A program made the position numbers and the translations under genes. The notes beneath the pieces were generated by a model, which did no database searches, was not told the DNA's origin, and saw only the letters and a list, made by a program, of their open reading frames with translations. Of a stretch of 64,000 bases of DNA, positions 47,203 to 59,600 are shown one piece after another. The DNA comes from the human T2T-CHM13v2.0 reference genome, Homo sapiens: NCBI RefSeq assembly GCF_009914755.1, contig NC_060933.1. One strand, given 5' to 3'. How positions within the stretch are numbered: the first letter of the stretch is position 1; each line of letters starts with the position of its first letter.

Positions 47203-49264
47203 TACATCACCAAAAAAATAAAGAGGGCATTATAAAATGCCTCATGGAAAAAATATTATTTTAACAATTAGTAAAGTAAAATAAAAATTTGTGACTCATA
47301 AAGACACACTTCATTTTAATCCTCTATTTTTTTTTTACAAATGGGACTTGAATATTTTAAGATAAAATTTAAAAAATCAAGTAATTTTAATCAGAAATTT
47401 CAAAAAAATAAAACCCTGAATCCAATTCAAATTTCACTTACTTGGAAATTGTCACTGATATAAATTTATTTATATAAATGTGATATAACCAATAAAGATA
47501 TGCAATAGAGTCATTGTTAATTTGGGTAAAATAATTTTAAAAACAATGCAAACTTGAATTACCTCCATATGTATGTATGTACACATGTACACATATATGA
47601 ATATTTATATATTTGCGTACACACACCATATATGTACCTGTGTATAAATGAATAACAATGGAATATCAGTTGGCCTCTACTACAACATTTGAAGGCCCAT
47701 TGCACAATGGCCAGAACAGAGACGACATCAGAATGCAACTTAAAATTTCCAAGATGACTTGAATTATATCTGAATTTCTAACAGGGCATAGAGAAATTAA
47801 AATCTTGTTTGATTATGCTTCTTTGTTTATTACTGGGAGAGCCTCACATGCAAAGCAGATCAGGATATTCTCTTACCAAATGTGTTAATTAACAGTCAGT
47901 TCATAATGTAAGGGTGACTCAAATAGCAGATTCAATATCAAACAGGAAGGGCTTTTGTAGCCCGTTCTATTTTCGGTCAACCACAAACCACCCACTCCTG
48001 CTGAAATAAAAACTTAAAAGGCAGGTGGAGGAAAATATGTTCTAGACCAAGGGGTAGGTTCCGGGTCTGCAAAAGACATAGTGTGCCACCCACAAACACA
48101 CAACTTCAAGGAGCGTGGCTCAATCCTTCAGAAAATTGGTTCTAACTTTCAAATCATTAGGGATCTTCTTTATGAAAGATATAGCAAACAAAAACACAAA
48201 ATATACCCCTCTAAGATTATTAGGAAGTTAAAAAAAAGTGACTTGTAACTTTTAATAAATAACTAAGGAGGTAAGCTTGTTCATTTCTGAGATTCACAAC
48301 TTTTATAAAGGTGCTGTATTAATACTTGAATTGTGCTATGTTCAATAGAAGCAGAGACATAAGCCATACTGAGAGAAGAAAAAAATTTTACAACAAGAAA
48401 ATCTAATGCTGTTTAATTTCTTTAAATATTTATTAATTTCTGAATGCTATGTGATTGCTTTTATATTAATTTTTCAGTAGGGAAAATGAATACAATTGAA
48501 TACAATTTCTCAGTTGAGAAATTAAATACAATGGATTTTAGTGTGATGACATACTTGATGGGATAATTTTAAAATCATGATTTTAATTAGATATAATACT
48601 TTTAGGTAGAATAATAAAAATAAAGGAAAACCGATTTTCTTTAAATTCCGTCAATTATTTCTTTCTCACAATAATTAATATGTAATTTACCAATGATGTA
48701 GTAGATTAATACCAAATTCTCTTACTTTTGGTTTCATCAAAAAATGATGAGCATTTTTCTCTGATTGATGTTCAGTTACTTTCAGATGGCTTGTAATCTT
48801 GTACTTTCAACATTAAAGATTTTTTTTCACATATTGATACCAATCATTTTATGATATATCTGATTTTATAATTATGTATTCATTGTTTTCAAATGAGAGT
48901 TATGGTTGTATACAGTAAGAATTATAATAGAGGAAGTTATCTGGTGCTCCAGGAATTTAAATAAGAGAAGATATAAAGATCTCAGCCTTTGTATCAATAT
49001 TTTAATTGGATCCTGAAAAATGAATGGAGATAGACAGAAAACAAGTAAAAAATGGTCTAAGCAGATGGAATAGAAGGAGTAAAAGGAGAGTGATAGAAAA
49101 GTGTGTGTGTCTTTGAAGGAACATAACCTGTTCTGGGTGTGGCTACAGCACAGGTTTGTGAAGGAAAATGTTAAATGATTGAGGAGAATGTCTCTCAATA
49201 TCAGTGATTTTGTATTTTACCCTTCAATGATGGGACATAAGTAAACAATTTTTAAAAGCATAGT

Positions 49265-49380
49265 GGGTGTGTGTGTATATAAATATATAGTATATATAGT
49301 ATATAGCATGTCTATACTTATACTATATACATACATATAGTGTATATGTATATATGTATATATAGTATATATATATATAC
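49265..49380. repeat. Low-complexity TA/TG-rich microsatellite tract
   Basis: gtgtgtgtatataaatatatagtatatatagtatata... Confidence 0.85.
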
Positions 49381-50181
49381 TTATTTTCATTCTAGATAGA
49401 AGTTTTTGAGATGCAGTTAGAAGAAAAAGTCAGAAAGAATAGTCAAGATTATTCCAGCAGTACAGGCATGATGTGATGAATAACTAAATTAAAACATTAG
49501 CAGCAACACAGAAGAGAAATGGCAGAATAGAAAGGTAATTCAAGGTAGAAACAGCTGAACTTAATAATTCATTTAGAAGGAAGAGTCAAGGTATAAATAC
49601 TCTAAATTTTCTTGGCGACTGGCTTGATATTATCATCATTAGCTGAGATGGGCAATGCTTTAAAAGAAATAGATTTATTTGCCAAAATATAAAATGTGTT
49701 TATGGCTATGTCAAATTTGAGATGCAGGTGGTGAAGACAGAGGGAGAGAATCAGTTGATATTTTAAAATACAGGTTTGAAACCTACAGGAAAATATTGGA
49801 GTAAAAAAAAATAAAGAAAATCAAACGTCAAAGGAAATGCTGGAAGTGTGGGAATGGATAAAAGGAGCACAGGAAAAGTGTGCAGAGCATTGTTACCCAA
49901 AGTGCTGTGGGAATTTTATACACATATGAATACAACTCGCAAAACACACAAATATTTTTGCTTCCCTGGATCATTTACTGGAGTCTTTTACATACACATT
50001 CTGAAGTATAAGGTATGCAGAATTTTCTAAGCGTATCATACAATTCCATTCCAAGAATACATTTCAGGAAAACTGTTGTCAATCAGGGAAACATTGGTGC
50101 AGAATAGTAAGAAAAGAAATACCCATTAAGACTAGTAGTTACACAGTGGACATGAAAAAACTAGGCAGCAAGGAGTTATTA

Positions 50182-50505
<324 letters not shown>

Positions 50506-50723
50506 AATGAAAGCATGGGGCCAACATTGAGTGGTCTTAAGGAAGTCAAGGTAGAAGGAAATTTAAAGAAGGAAATGAGAAGCAATGCAGAATGTTTAGA
50601 AAGTCAATTAGGAAGCTCCCATAAATATTCTCACTATGTATTATAGGGAATTCATTTATAACTTCAAAAATACCACTCAAAAAAGATGGTAATTGTTGAA
50701 ATGAGATTTCAATGGGTGAAAGA

Positions 50724-51097
<374 letters not shown>

Positions 51098-51192
51098 TTA
51101 TGATTTTGGCTATAACTTGCTATGAATGGAAACAGCAACACACCACTGGATTTCAACTTTTGAGTGCTTAAGAAGGTGGAGATGGTGATTAA

Positions 51193-51231
<39 letters not shown>
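51193..51231. repeat. (AAT)n microsatellite
   Basis: ~13 uninterrupted aat units. Confidence 0.95.
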
Positions 51232-51232
<1 letters not shown>

Positions 51233-51279
51233 CTAAGTGTGTAATAGTTGCTAAGTGTGTGGTGTCTGAACCCAGGATA

Positions 51280-51460
51280 TCAGGATGTTTGGAACTGGGA
51301 TTGAATCCCAGCTCTTCCACTTTCTGGTTATGTGAGTGACTGTAGGCAAATTACTTAATCTTTTCATGCTCCAGTTTCCCATATGTAAAATGAGAATTAT
51401 AATAGTAAACTACTTCATGGCTTGTGAGGATGAAGTGCATGTAGAGTACTTAGTGAGTTC
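51280..51460. mobile_element. MIR SINE
   Basis: ttgaatcccagctcttccactt...gtgactgtaggcaaattacttaatc...cagtttcccatatgtaaaatgag. Confidence 0.75.
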
Positions 51461-51569
51461 TCTTTGTGTATTATGTATTAGTTTCAAAATGCAGATTCTA
51501 GAGCCCTTAGATTCTCATTCAATAGGTATGAGGCAAGCACGGGCCAGGATTCTGCATTCTTTAAGGAGG

Positions 51570-52040
51570 TGTAATTTCCTATATCTGCTGTGACAAAGTG
51601 GTTCACATTAGGTCGCTTAAAATGAGATAAAGTTATTCTTTTATGGTTCAGAAAGCTAGAAATCTTAAATGAAGGAGTTAGCAGTGCTGCATTTTTCTCT
51701 GAATGACCTGGAAAAAAATCCTTTCTTGCTTCTTCTAGCACCGGGTGATCACTGAGCTTCATTGTCATTGCTTGGCTGGAGGATACCTCACTTTATTCTC
51801 TACCTCCATCCTCACATTGCCATCTCCTCCCTGCGTCTCTGTTTCCTCTTCCCTTCTTATGAGGATATCAACCATATTGAATTATGGCCCACTCTAATGC
51901 ATTATGAGCTCATCTAGCATATCATAATTATACAGCATCTGCAAATAATTTGATTTCAAATTAAGTCATACTCACAGACATCAGGGGCTAGAACTCTAAT
52001 ATATATATTTTCTTTTTGAAGACACAATCTAACCCACAAA
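51570..52040 (-). mobile_element. MLT1-type (ERVL-MaLR) LTR
   Basis: tttcctat..tgctgtgacaaa..gcttaaaa..gttcagaaagctagaaatc ... cttcttatgaggatatcaaccatattgga ... gacacaatctaacccacaa. Confidence 0.65.
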
Positions 52041-52149
52041 AGGGGGGGAGCCGCTTAAGATCATAAATAACTCAAGTAACAAGACTGTGTGTTTAAAATA
52101 GCATTTAAATTTCTCCAAATGGCAGACAGCTTAATTCAGATCAATACCA

Positions 52150-53560
52150 ATCAGGAGATAAACAAGTGTTTGTCTCCTAATTGGCATTTACCTGAGATTA
52201 AAACATTATGGTAAAATACATTATCTTCAGTGATCTTTGGTTTAGGTGAGCATTCACAAGGCACACAGTTATTATCACTTGAGCCATCTCTCTCTAATAA
52301 CTCTTTTCTAATCTGCTGGCCAACAATATCAGGTTCTTTCAAATCTCTGATTATCGGACCAAACCATAAGGTCCTCCACGTGAATTGGTAGAAATATTTT
52401 TTACAAAGGTAAATGAAATTTTATTTACTTGATGGATTTCTCTTCTCCTTTGTACAAAGGGGTGACCCTTTGACAGCACAGGGAAAGAACATGATAGAAA
52501 TAGACTTTCAGAAGGAAGGGCCTTCCATAACAAGGAATGCCATCTGTAATCCAGACTTTTTTCTCCTCAGGAATCCAGTCATAGGCAAATCTCTATGAAT
52601 CACAGATAAATAGAAAGAAGGGTGGGAGTGTGTCAGGAGTAGGATGCTGAAAATGTGAGTAGCCTGTTCATTAATTGGTCCCTTGGAAACTGAGAAGGCA
52701 ACGTGGCATACATGCAATTTCCATGGAATGATGGAAGACTGGTTGTAGTTACTATGATCCTATAATGCTCAGATCACAACGGGGTCACCCTTATTCATGA
52801 CTGAGCATTCCTTCTTATTAGTATCCCAATGTGAAATTGTTTCTCAAAAAAGGAGGGGGCAGGTAATTTTTGTACAAAAGGCTTTTACTCCAAAATAAAG
52901 TGGCTTGTACTGTATTTCTCCTCTGGAGCCTTGCCGCTGGCTCCATAGGAAAATTCTGCCTCTCATAGATACCTGAGGCATTGGATTCCCTAAACAAAAT
53001 TGTAGATCCACTTGTACTGCAGGCCTCTGTAGTCCAAAACGTTTCTCTTTCTCTGAGTCCCACTCACAGCTGACATCCTTCTTGACATTTGCATTTTATT
53101 TAGAATACACATCCAAATATGTTTTATGTTGCCTCTAACATTCAAAAGAGCCTCTAACAGTCTTCCTTTCCCTATCCCTTCCTTCCATTTGAAAGATGTT
53201 TGCTCCACATCACTTTCTACTGCATTCTTAGACTCCCTGAAGGTAGGAAACCCACATTTTTGTCATTGGCTCGATGTGTCTTTCCTGAAGTCTATGGTAG
53301 CTGCTATTTTTCTCTAGAGCATATCAACCGGATGCTGTCCATGTATTCCATAAGTTATGTCCATTTGGCTAGTGACATGGCCAGGGTTCCTGAGTACAAA
53401 ATTGTGACACAGACAAAAATAGTTATACTTCTACAGCTACATAGTGAAGACACTCTGCCTGGAAAAAGTAAGAAATTTCAGGTATTTACCATTTATTTAA
53501 GATACAGAAAAATAATTTGCCTAAATGTATAGCAGGAAAAGGAGATAAGTGTATTCACTA
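52150..53560 (-). mobile_element. Highly decayed ERV-L family internal region (pol: reverse transcriptase to RNase H)
   Basis: Collinear minus-strand peptide remnants: VFTM*L*KYNYFCLCHNFVLRN, MEYMDSIRLI (YxDD site, 53334-53345), EWDSEKEK, LFWSKSL..NY.P, YDWIPEEKKVWITDG (52539-52553), TNSRGGPYGL, VCLVNAH. These match HERV-L YTFTVLPQGYINSPALCHN / HYIDDIMLI / EWGPEQEK / GFWSKAL / AWFTDG / TDSWAVANGL / SHVSAH as recalled. Confidence 0.78.
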
Positions 53561-53570
53561 AAGCAAGGAG

Positions 53571-53685
53571 ACTACATCTGGATTTTAAATGTGTGCCCTC
53601 AGATAGGATTCCAGTACACAGTGGCTGGATTCTGAGTGTTTGTCCCTCACACAGGATTACAGAACACTGCTACGAGGTTCTGAAT
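53571..53685. repeat. CER-type 48-bp satellite, ~2.4 units
   Basis: Unit cagtacacagtggctggattctgagtgtttgtccctcacacaggatta (53612-53659, 48 bp) flanked by partial units ..tgccctcagataggattc and cagaacactgctacgaggttctgaat. Confidence 0.8.
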
Positions 53686-56600
53686 GGAAAAGGAAATATC
53701 TTCACATAAAGACAAGAAAGAAGCATTCTGAGAAACTTCTTTGTGATGTGTGCATTCACCTCACAGAGTTGAACTTTTCTTTTGATTTAGCACTTTTGAA
53801 ATACTCTTTTTGTAGTGTCTGCAAGTGGATATTTGGAGCGCTTTACATTCTATGGTGGAAAAGTAAATATCTTCACATCAAAACCAGACAGAAGCATTTT
53901 GAGAAACTCCTCTGTGATCTATGCATTCATCTCACAGAGTTGAATGTTTCTCTTGATTGAGCAGTTCTGAAACACTGTTTTTGTAGAATCTGCAAGTGGA
54001 TATTTTGAGTGCTTTGGGGCCTATGGTGGAAAAGGAAATATCTTCACATAAAAACGAGACAGAAACATTCTGAGAAACTTCTTTGTGATGTGTGCATTCA
54101 ACTCACAGAGTTGAAATATTCTTTTGATTGAGCAGTTTTGAAACACTCTTTTTGTAGTATCTGCAAAGTTGGAGGACTTTGGGACCTCTAGAGGAAAGGG
54201 AAATATCTTCTCTTAAAAACTAGACAGAAGCATTCTGAGAAACTTCTTTGTGATGTGTGCATTCATCTCACAGAGCTGAACATTTCTTTTGATTGAGCAG
54301 CTTTGAAACACTCTTTTTGTAGAATCTGCAAGTGGACATTGGGAGCGATTTGAGGCCTATGGAGGAAAAGGAAACATCTTCACATAAAAACTACACAAAT
54401 GCCTTCTGAGAAACTTCTTTGTGATGTGTGCATTCATCTCACAGAATTGAACCTTTCTTTTGATCGAACAGTTTTGAAACACTTCTTTTGAAGGATCTGC
54501 ATGTGGATATTTGGATCAGTTTGGGGCCTGTGGTGGAAAAGGAAATATCTTCAAATAAAAACTACACAGAAGCGTTCTGAGAAAGTTCTTTGTGATGTGT
54601 GCATTCAACTCACATAGTTGAAGATTTCTTTTGATTGAGCAGTTTTGAAACAATCTTTTTGTAGTATTTGCAAGTGGATATTTGGAGTGGTTTGAGACCT
54701 ATTGTAGAAGAGGAAATATCTTCACATAAATACTAGACAGAAGCATTCTGAGAAACTTCTCTGTGATGTGTGCATTCATCTCACAGAGTTGAAACTTTGT
54801 TTTGATTGAGCAGTTTTGAAACACTCTTTTTGTAGAATCTGCAAGTGGATACTTGGAGTGCTTTGAGCTCAATGGTGGAAAAGGAAGTATCTTCAATTAA
54901 AAACTAGACAGAAGCATTCTGAGAAACTTCTTTGTGATGTGTGCATTCAACTCACAGAGTTTAAACTTTCTTTTGATTGAGGAGTTTGGAAAATCTCTTT
55001 TTGTAGAATCTGCAAGTGGATATTTGGAGTGCTTTGCAGCCTATAGTGGAAACAGAAATATCTTCACATAAAAACTAGACAGAAGCCTTCTGAGAAACTC
55101 CTTTGTGATGTGTGCATTCATGTCTCAGAGATGAACCTTTCTTTTGATTGAGCAGTTTTGAAACACTTTTTGTAGAATCTGCAAGTGGATATTTGGAGCG
55201 CTTTGTGGCCAATGGTGGTAAAAGGAAACATCTTCACATAAAAACTGGATGGAAGCATTCTGAGAAACTTCTTTGTGATTTATGCATTCAGCTCACAGAG
55301 TTGAACCTTTCTTTTGATTGAGCCATTTGAAACACTCTTTTTGTACGATCTGCAAGTGGATAATTGGAGTGCTTTAAGGTCTACGGTGGAGAAGGAAATA
55401 TCTTCACATAAAAACTACACAGAAGCATTCTGAGAAACTTCTTTGTGATTTGTGCATTCAACACACAGAGTTGAACCTTTCTTTTGATTGAGCAGTTTGA
55501 AACACTCTTTTTGTAAAATCTGCAAGTGGATATTTGGAACGCCTTAAGGTCTATGGTGGAGAAGGAAATATCTTCACATAAAAACTGGACAGAAGCATTC
55601 TGAGAAACTACTTTGTGATGTGTGCATTCATCTCACAGAATTGAAACTTTCTTTTGATTGAGCAGATTTGAAGCACACTTTTTGTGGAATGAGCAAGTGG
55701 ATATTTGGAGGGCTTCAAGACCTATGGTGGAAACTGAAATATCTTCACCTAAAAACAACACAGAAGCAGTCTGTGTAACTTCTTTCTGATGTGTGCATTC
55801 ATCTCACAAAGTTGAACATTTCTTTGGATTCAGCAGTTTTGAAAAACACTTTTTGTAGTATCTGCAAGTGGATATTTGGAGCGCTTTGGGGCCTATGGTG
55901 GAAAGGGAAATATCTTCACCTAAAAACTACACAGAAGCATTCTGAGAAACTTCTTTGTGATGTGTGCATTCATCTCACAGAGTTGAACATTTCTTTTGAT
56001 TGAGCAGTTTGGAAACACTCTTTTTGTAGAATCTGTAAGGGGACATGCGGAGCTCTTTGAGGCCTGAGGTGGAAAAGGATATATCTTCACAAAAAAACTA
56101 GGTGGAAGCATTCTGACAAACCTATTTGCGATATGTGCATTCATCTCACAGAGTTGAACCTTACTTTTGATTAAGCAGTTCTGAAAAACCCTTTTGGTAC
56201 TATCTGCAAATGGACATTTTGTGTGGCTTGAGACCTACAGTGGAAAAGGAAATATGTTCACATAAAAATTAGACAGAAGCATTCTGACAAATTACTTTGT
56301 GATGTATGCATTCATCTCACAGAGTTGATCATTTCTTTTGAGTGAATAGTTTGGAAGCTCTCCTTTTGTAGCATCTGCAAGTGGACATTTTGAGCGCTTT
56401 GAGGCCTATGGTGGAAAAGGAAATATCTTCCCATAAATATTAGACAGAAGCATTCTGACAAATTCTTTGTGATGTGTGCATTCATCTCAGAGAGTTGAAC
56501 CTTTCCTTCGATTGTGTAGTTTTCAATCACTCTTTCTGTAACATCTGCAAGTGGACATTTGGAGTGATTTGAGGCCTAAGGTGAAAAATGAAATATCTTC

Positions 56601-59600
56601 ACATAATAACTAGACAGAAGCATTCTGAGAAAGTTGTTTGTGATGTATGCATTAATCTCACAGAGTTGAACATTTCTTTTGATTGAGCAGCTTTGAAACA
56701 CTCTTTTTGTAGAATCTGCAAGTGGACATTTGGAACACTTTGAGGCCTATGGTGGAAAAGGAAATATCTTCATAGAGAAGCTAGACAGAAATATTCTGAG
56801 AAATTTCTTTGTGATGTGGGCATTCATCTCACAGAGTTGAACTTTCTTTTGATTGAGCAGTTTTGAAACACTCTTTTTGTAGAATCTGCAAGTGGATATT
56901 TGGAGCGCTTTGCGGCATATGGTGGAAAAGGAAGTATCTTCACTTAAATATTAGACAGAAGAATTCTGACAAACTTCTTTGTGATGTGTGCATTCATCTC
57001 AGGGAATTGAACCTTACTTTTGATTGAGAAGTTTTGAAGCCCACTTTTTGTAGAATCTGCAAGTTGATATTTGGAGCACTTTTAGGCCTACGGTGGAAAA
57101 GGAAATATCCTCACATAAGAACTAGACAGAAGCATCCTGAGAAACTTCTTTGTGATGTTTTCATTCAACCCACAGAGTTGAATCTTACTTTTGGTTGAGC
57201 AGTTTGGAAACACTCTTTTTGTAGAATCTGCAAGCGGACATTTTGTTCGCTTTGAGGCCTATGGTGGAAAAGGAAATATCTTCACTTAAGATCTAGACAG
57301 AAGCATTCTGAGAAACTTCTTCGTGATGGGTGCAGTCATCTCACAGAGTTGAACATTTCTTTTGATTGAGCACCTTTGAAACATTATTTTTGTAGGATCT
57401 GCATGTGGACCTTTGGAGCGCCTTGAGGCCTATGGTAGAAAAGGAAATATTTTCACATAAAAACTATACAGAAGCATGCTGACAAACTTCTTTGTGTTGT
57501 TTGCATTCATCTCACAGAATTGAACGTTTCTTTCCATTGAGCAGTTTTGAAACACTGTTTTTGTACAATCTGCAAGTGGACATTTGGAGTGCTTTGAGGC
57601 CTATGGTGGAAAAGGAAATATCTTCACTTAAGAACTAGACAGAACATTCTGAGAAACTTCTTTGTGATGTGTGCATTCATCTCACAAAGTTGAACCTTTC
57701 TTTTGATTGAGCAGTTTTGAAACACTCTTTTTGTAGAATCTGCAAGTGGACATTTGGAGCGCTTTGCAGCCAATTATGGAAAAGGAAATATCTTCACATA
57801 ACAACAAGACAGCAGCATTCTCAGAAACTTCTTTGTGATGTGTGCATTCATCTCATGGAGTTGAAACTTTCTTTTGATTGAGCAGCTTTGAAACACTCTT
57901 TTGTAGAATCTGCAAGTGGACATTAGGAGCACTTTGAGGCCTATGGCAGAAAAGGAAATATCTTCACATAAAAACTAGACAGAAGCATTGTCACAAACTT
58001 CTTTGGAATGCGTGCTTTCATGTCACAGAGTTGAACATTTCTTTTCATTAATCTATTTTGAAACACTCTTTTGGTAGAATCTGCAAGTGGACATTTGGAA
58101 TTCTTTGAGGCCTACGGTGGAAAAGGAAATATCTTCACAGAAAAACTACACAGAATTATTCTGGGAAATTTTTTTGGGATGTGTGCATGCATCTCACAGA
58201 GTTGAACTTTCTTTTGATTGAGCAGTTTGAAACACTCTTTTTGTAGAATCTGCAAAGGGACATTTGGAGCACTTTGTGGCATATGGTGGTAAAGGAAATA
58301 TCTTCACATAAAAACTAGACAGAAGCATGCTGACAAACTTCTTTGTGTTGTTTGCATTCATCTCACAGAATTGAACCTTTCTTTCCATTGAGCAGTTTTG
58401 AAACACTGTTTTTGTACAATCTGCCAGTGGACATTTGGAGCACTTTGAGGCTTATGGTGTAAAAGGAAATATCTTCACTTAAGAACTAGACAGAACATTC
58501 TGAGAAACTTCTTTGTGGTGTGTGCATTCATCTCACATAGTTGAACATTTCTTTTCAATGAGCAGTTTTGAAACACTCTTTTTGTAGAATCTACAAGTGG
58601 ACACTTGGTGTGCTTTGAGGTCTATGGTGGAAAAGGAAATATCTGCTCATAAAACATGGACAGAAACATTCTGAGAAACTTCTTCATGATGTGTATATTC
58701 ATCTCAAAGATTTGAACCTTTCTTTTGATTGAACAGTTTGGAAACACTCTTTTTGCAGTATCTGCAAGTGGACATTTGGAGGGCTCTGAGGCCTCTGGTG
58801 GAAAAGGAAATATCTTCACTTAAGAACTGCAAAGAATCATTCTGAGAAAATACTTTGTGATGTGTGCATTCATCTGACAGAGTTGAACCTTACTGTTGAT
58901 TGAGCAGGTTTGAAACATCCTTTTTGTACTAGGTACAAGTGGACATTTGGAGTGCGTTGATGCCTATGGTGTAAAAGTATATATCTTTACATAAAAAGTA
59001 GACAGAAGGATTCTTAGAAATGTCTTTGTTATATGTGCATTCATCTCACAGAGTTGAAACTTTCTTTTGATTGACTAGTTTGGAAATCTTTTTGAAGGAT
59101 CTGCAAGTGGACATTTGGATCACTTTGAGGCCTATGGTGGAAAAGGAAATATCTTCACATAAGAAGTAGACAGAAACATTCTGAGAAACTTCTTTGTGAT
59201 GTGTGCATTCTTTTCACAGAGTTGAACCTTTCTTTTGATTGAGCAGCTTTGAAATGCTTTTTTTGTAGAATCTGCAAGTGGACATTTGGAGCGCTTTGAG
59301 GAGTGTAATGGAAAACAAAATATCTTCATGTAACAACTATGCAGAAGTATTGTGAGAAACTTCTTTGTGATGAGTGCATTCATCTCACAGAGTTGAAACT
59401 TTCTTTTGATTTTCTAGTTTGGAAACTCTCTTTTTGTAGAATCTGCAAGTGGACATTTGGAGCGCATTGAGGCCAATGGCAGAGAAGGAAATATCTTCAC
59501 ATAAAAACTAGACAGAAGCATTCTGATAAACTTCTTTGTGATATGTGTATTCACCTCACAGTGTTGAACCTTACTTTTAATTGAGCCGTTTTGAAACTCC

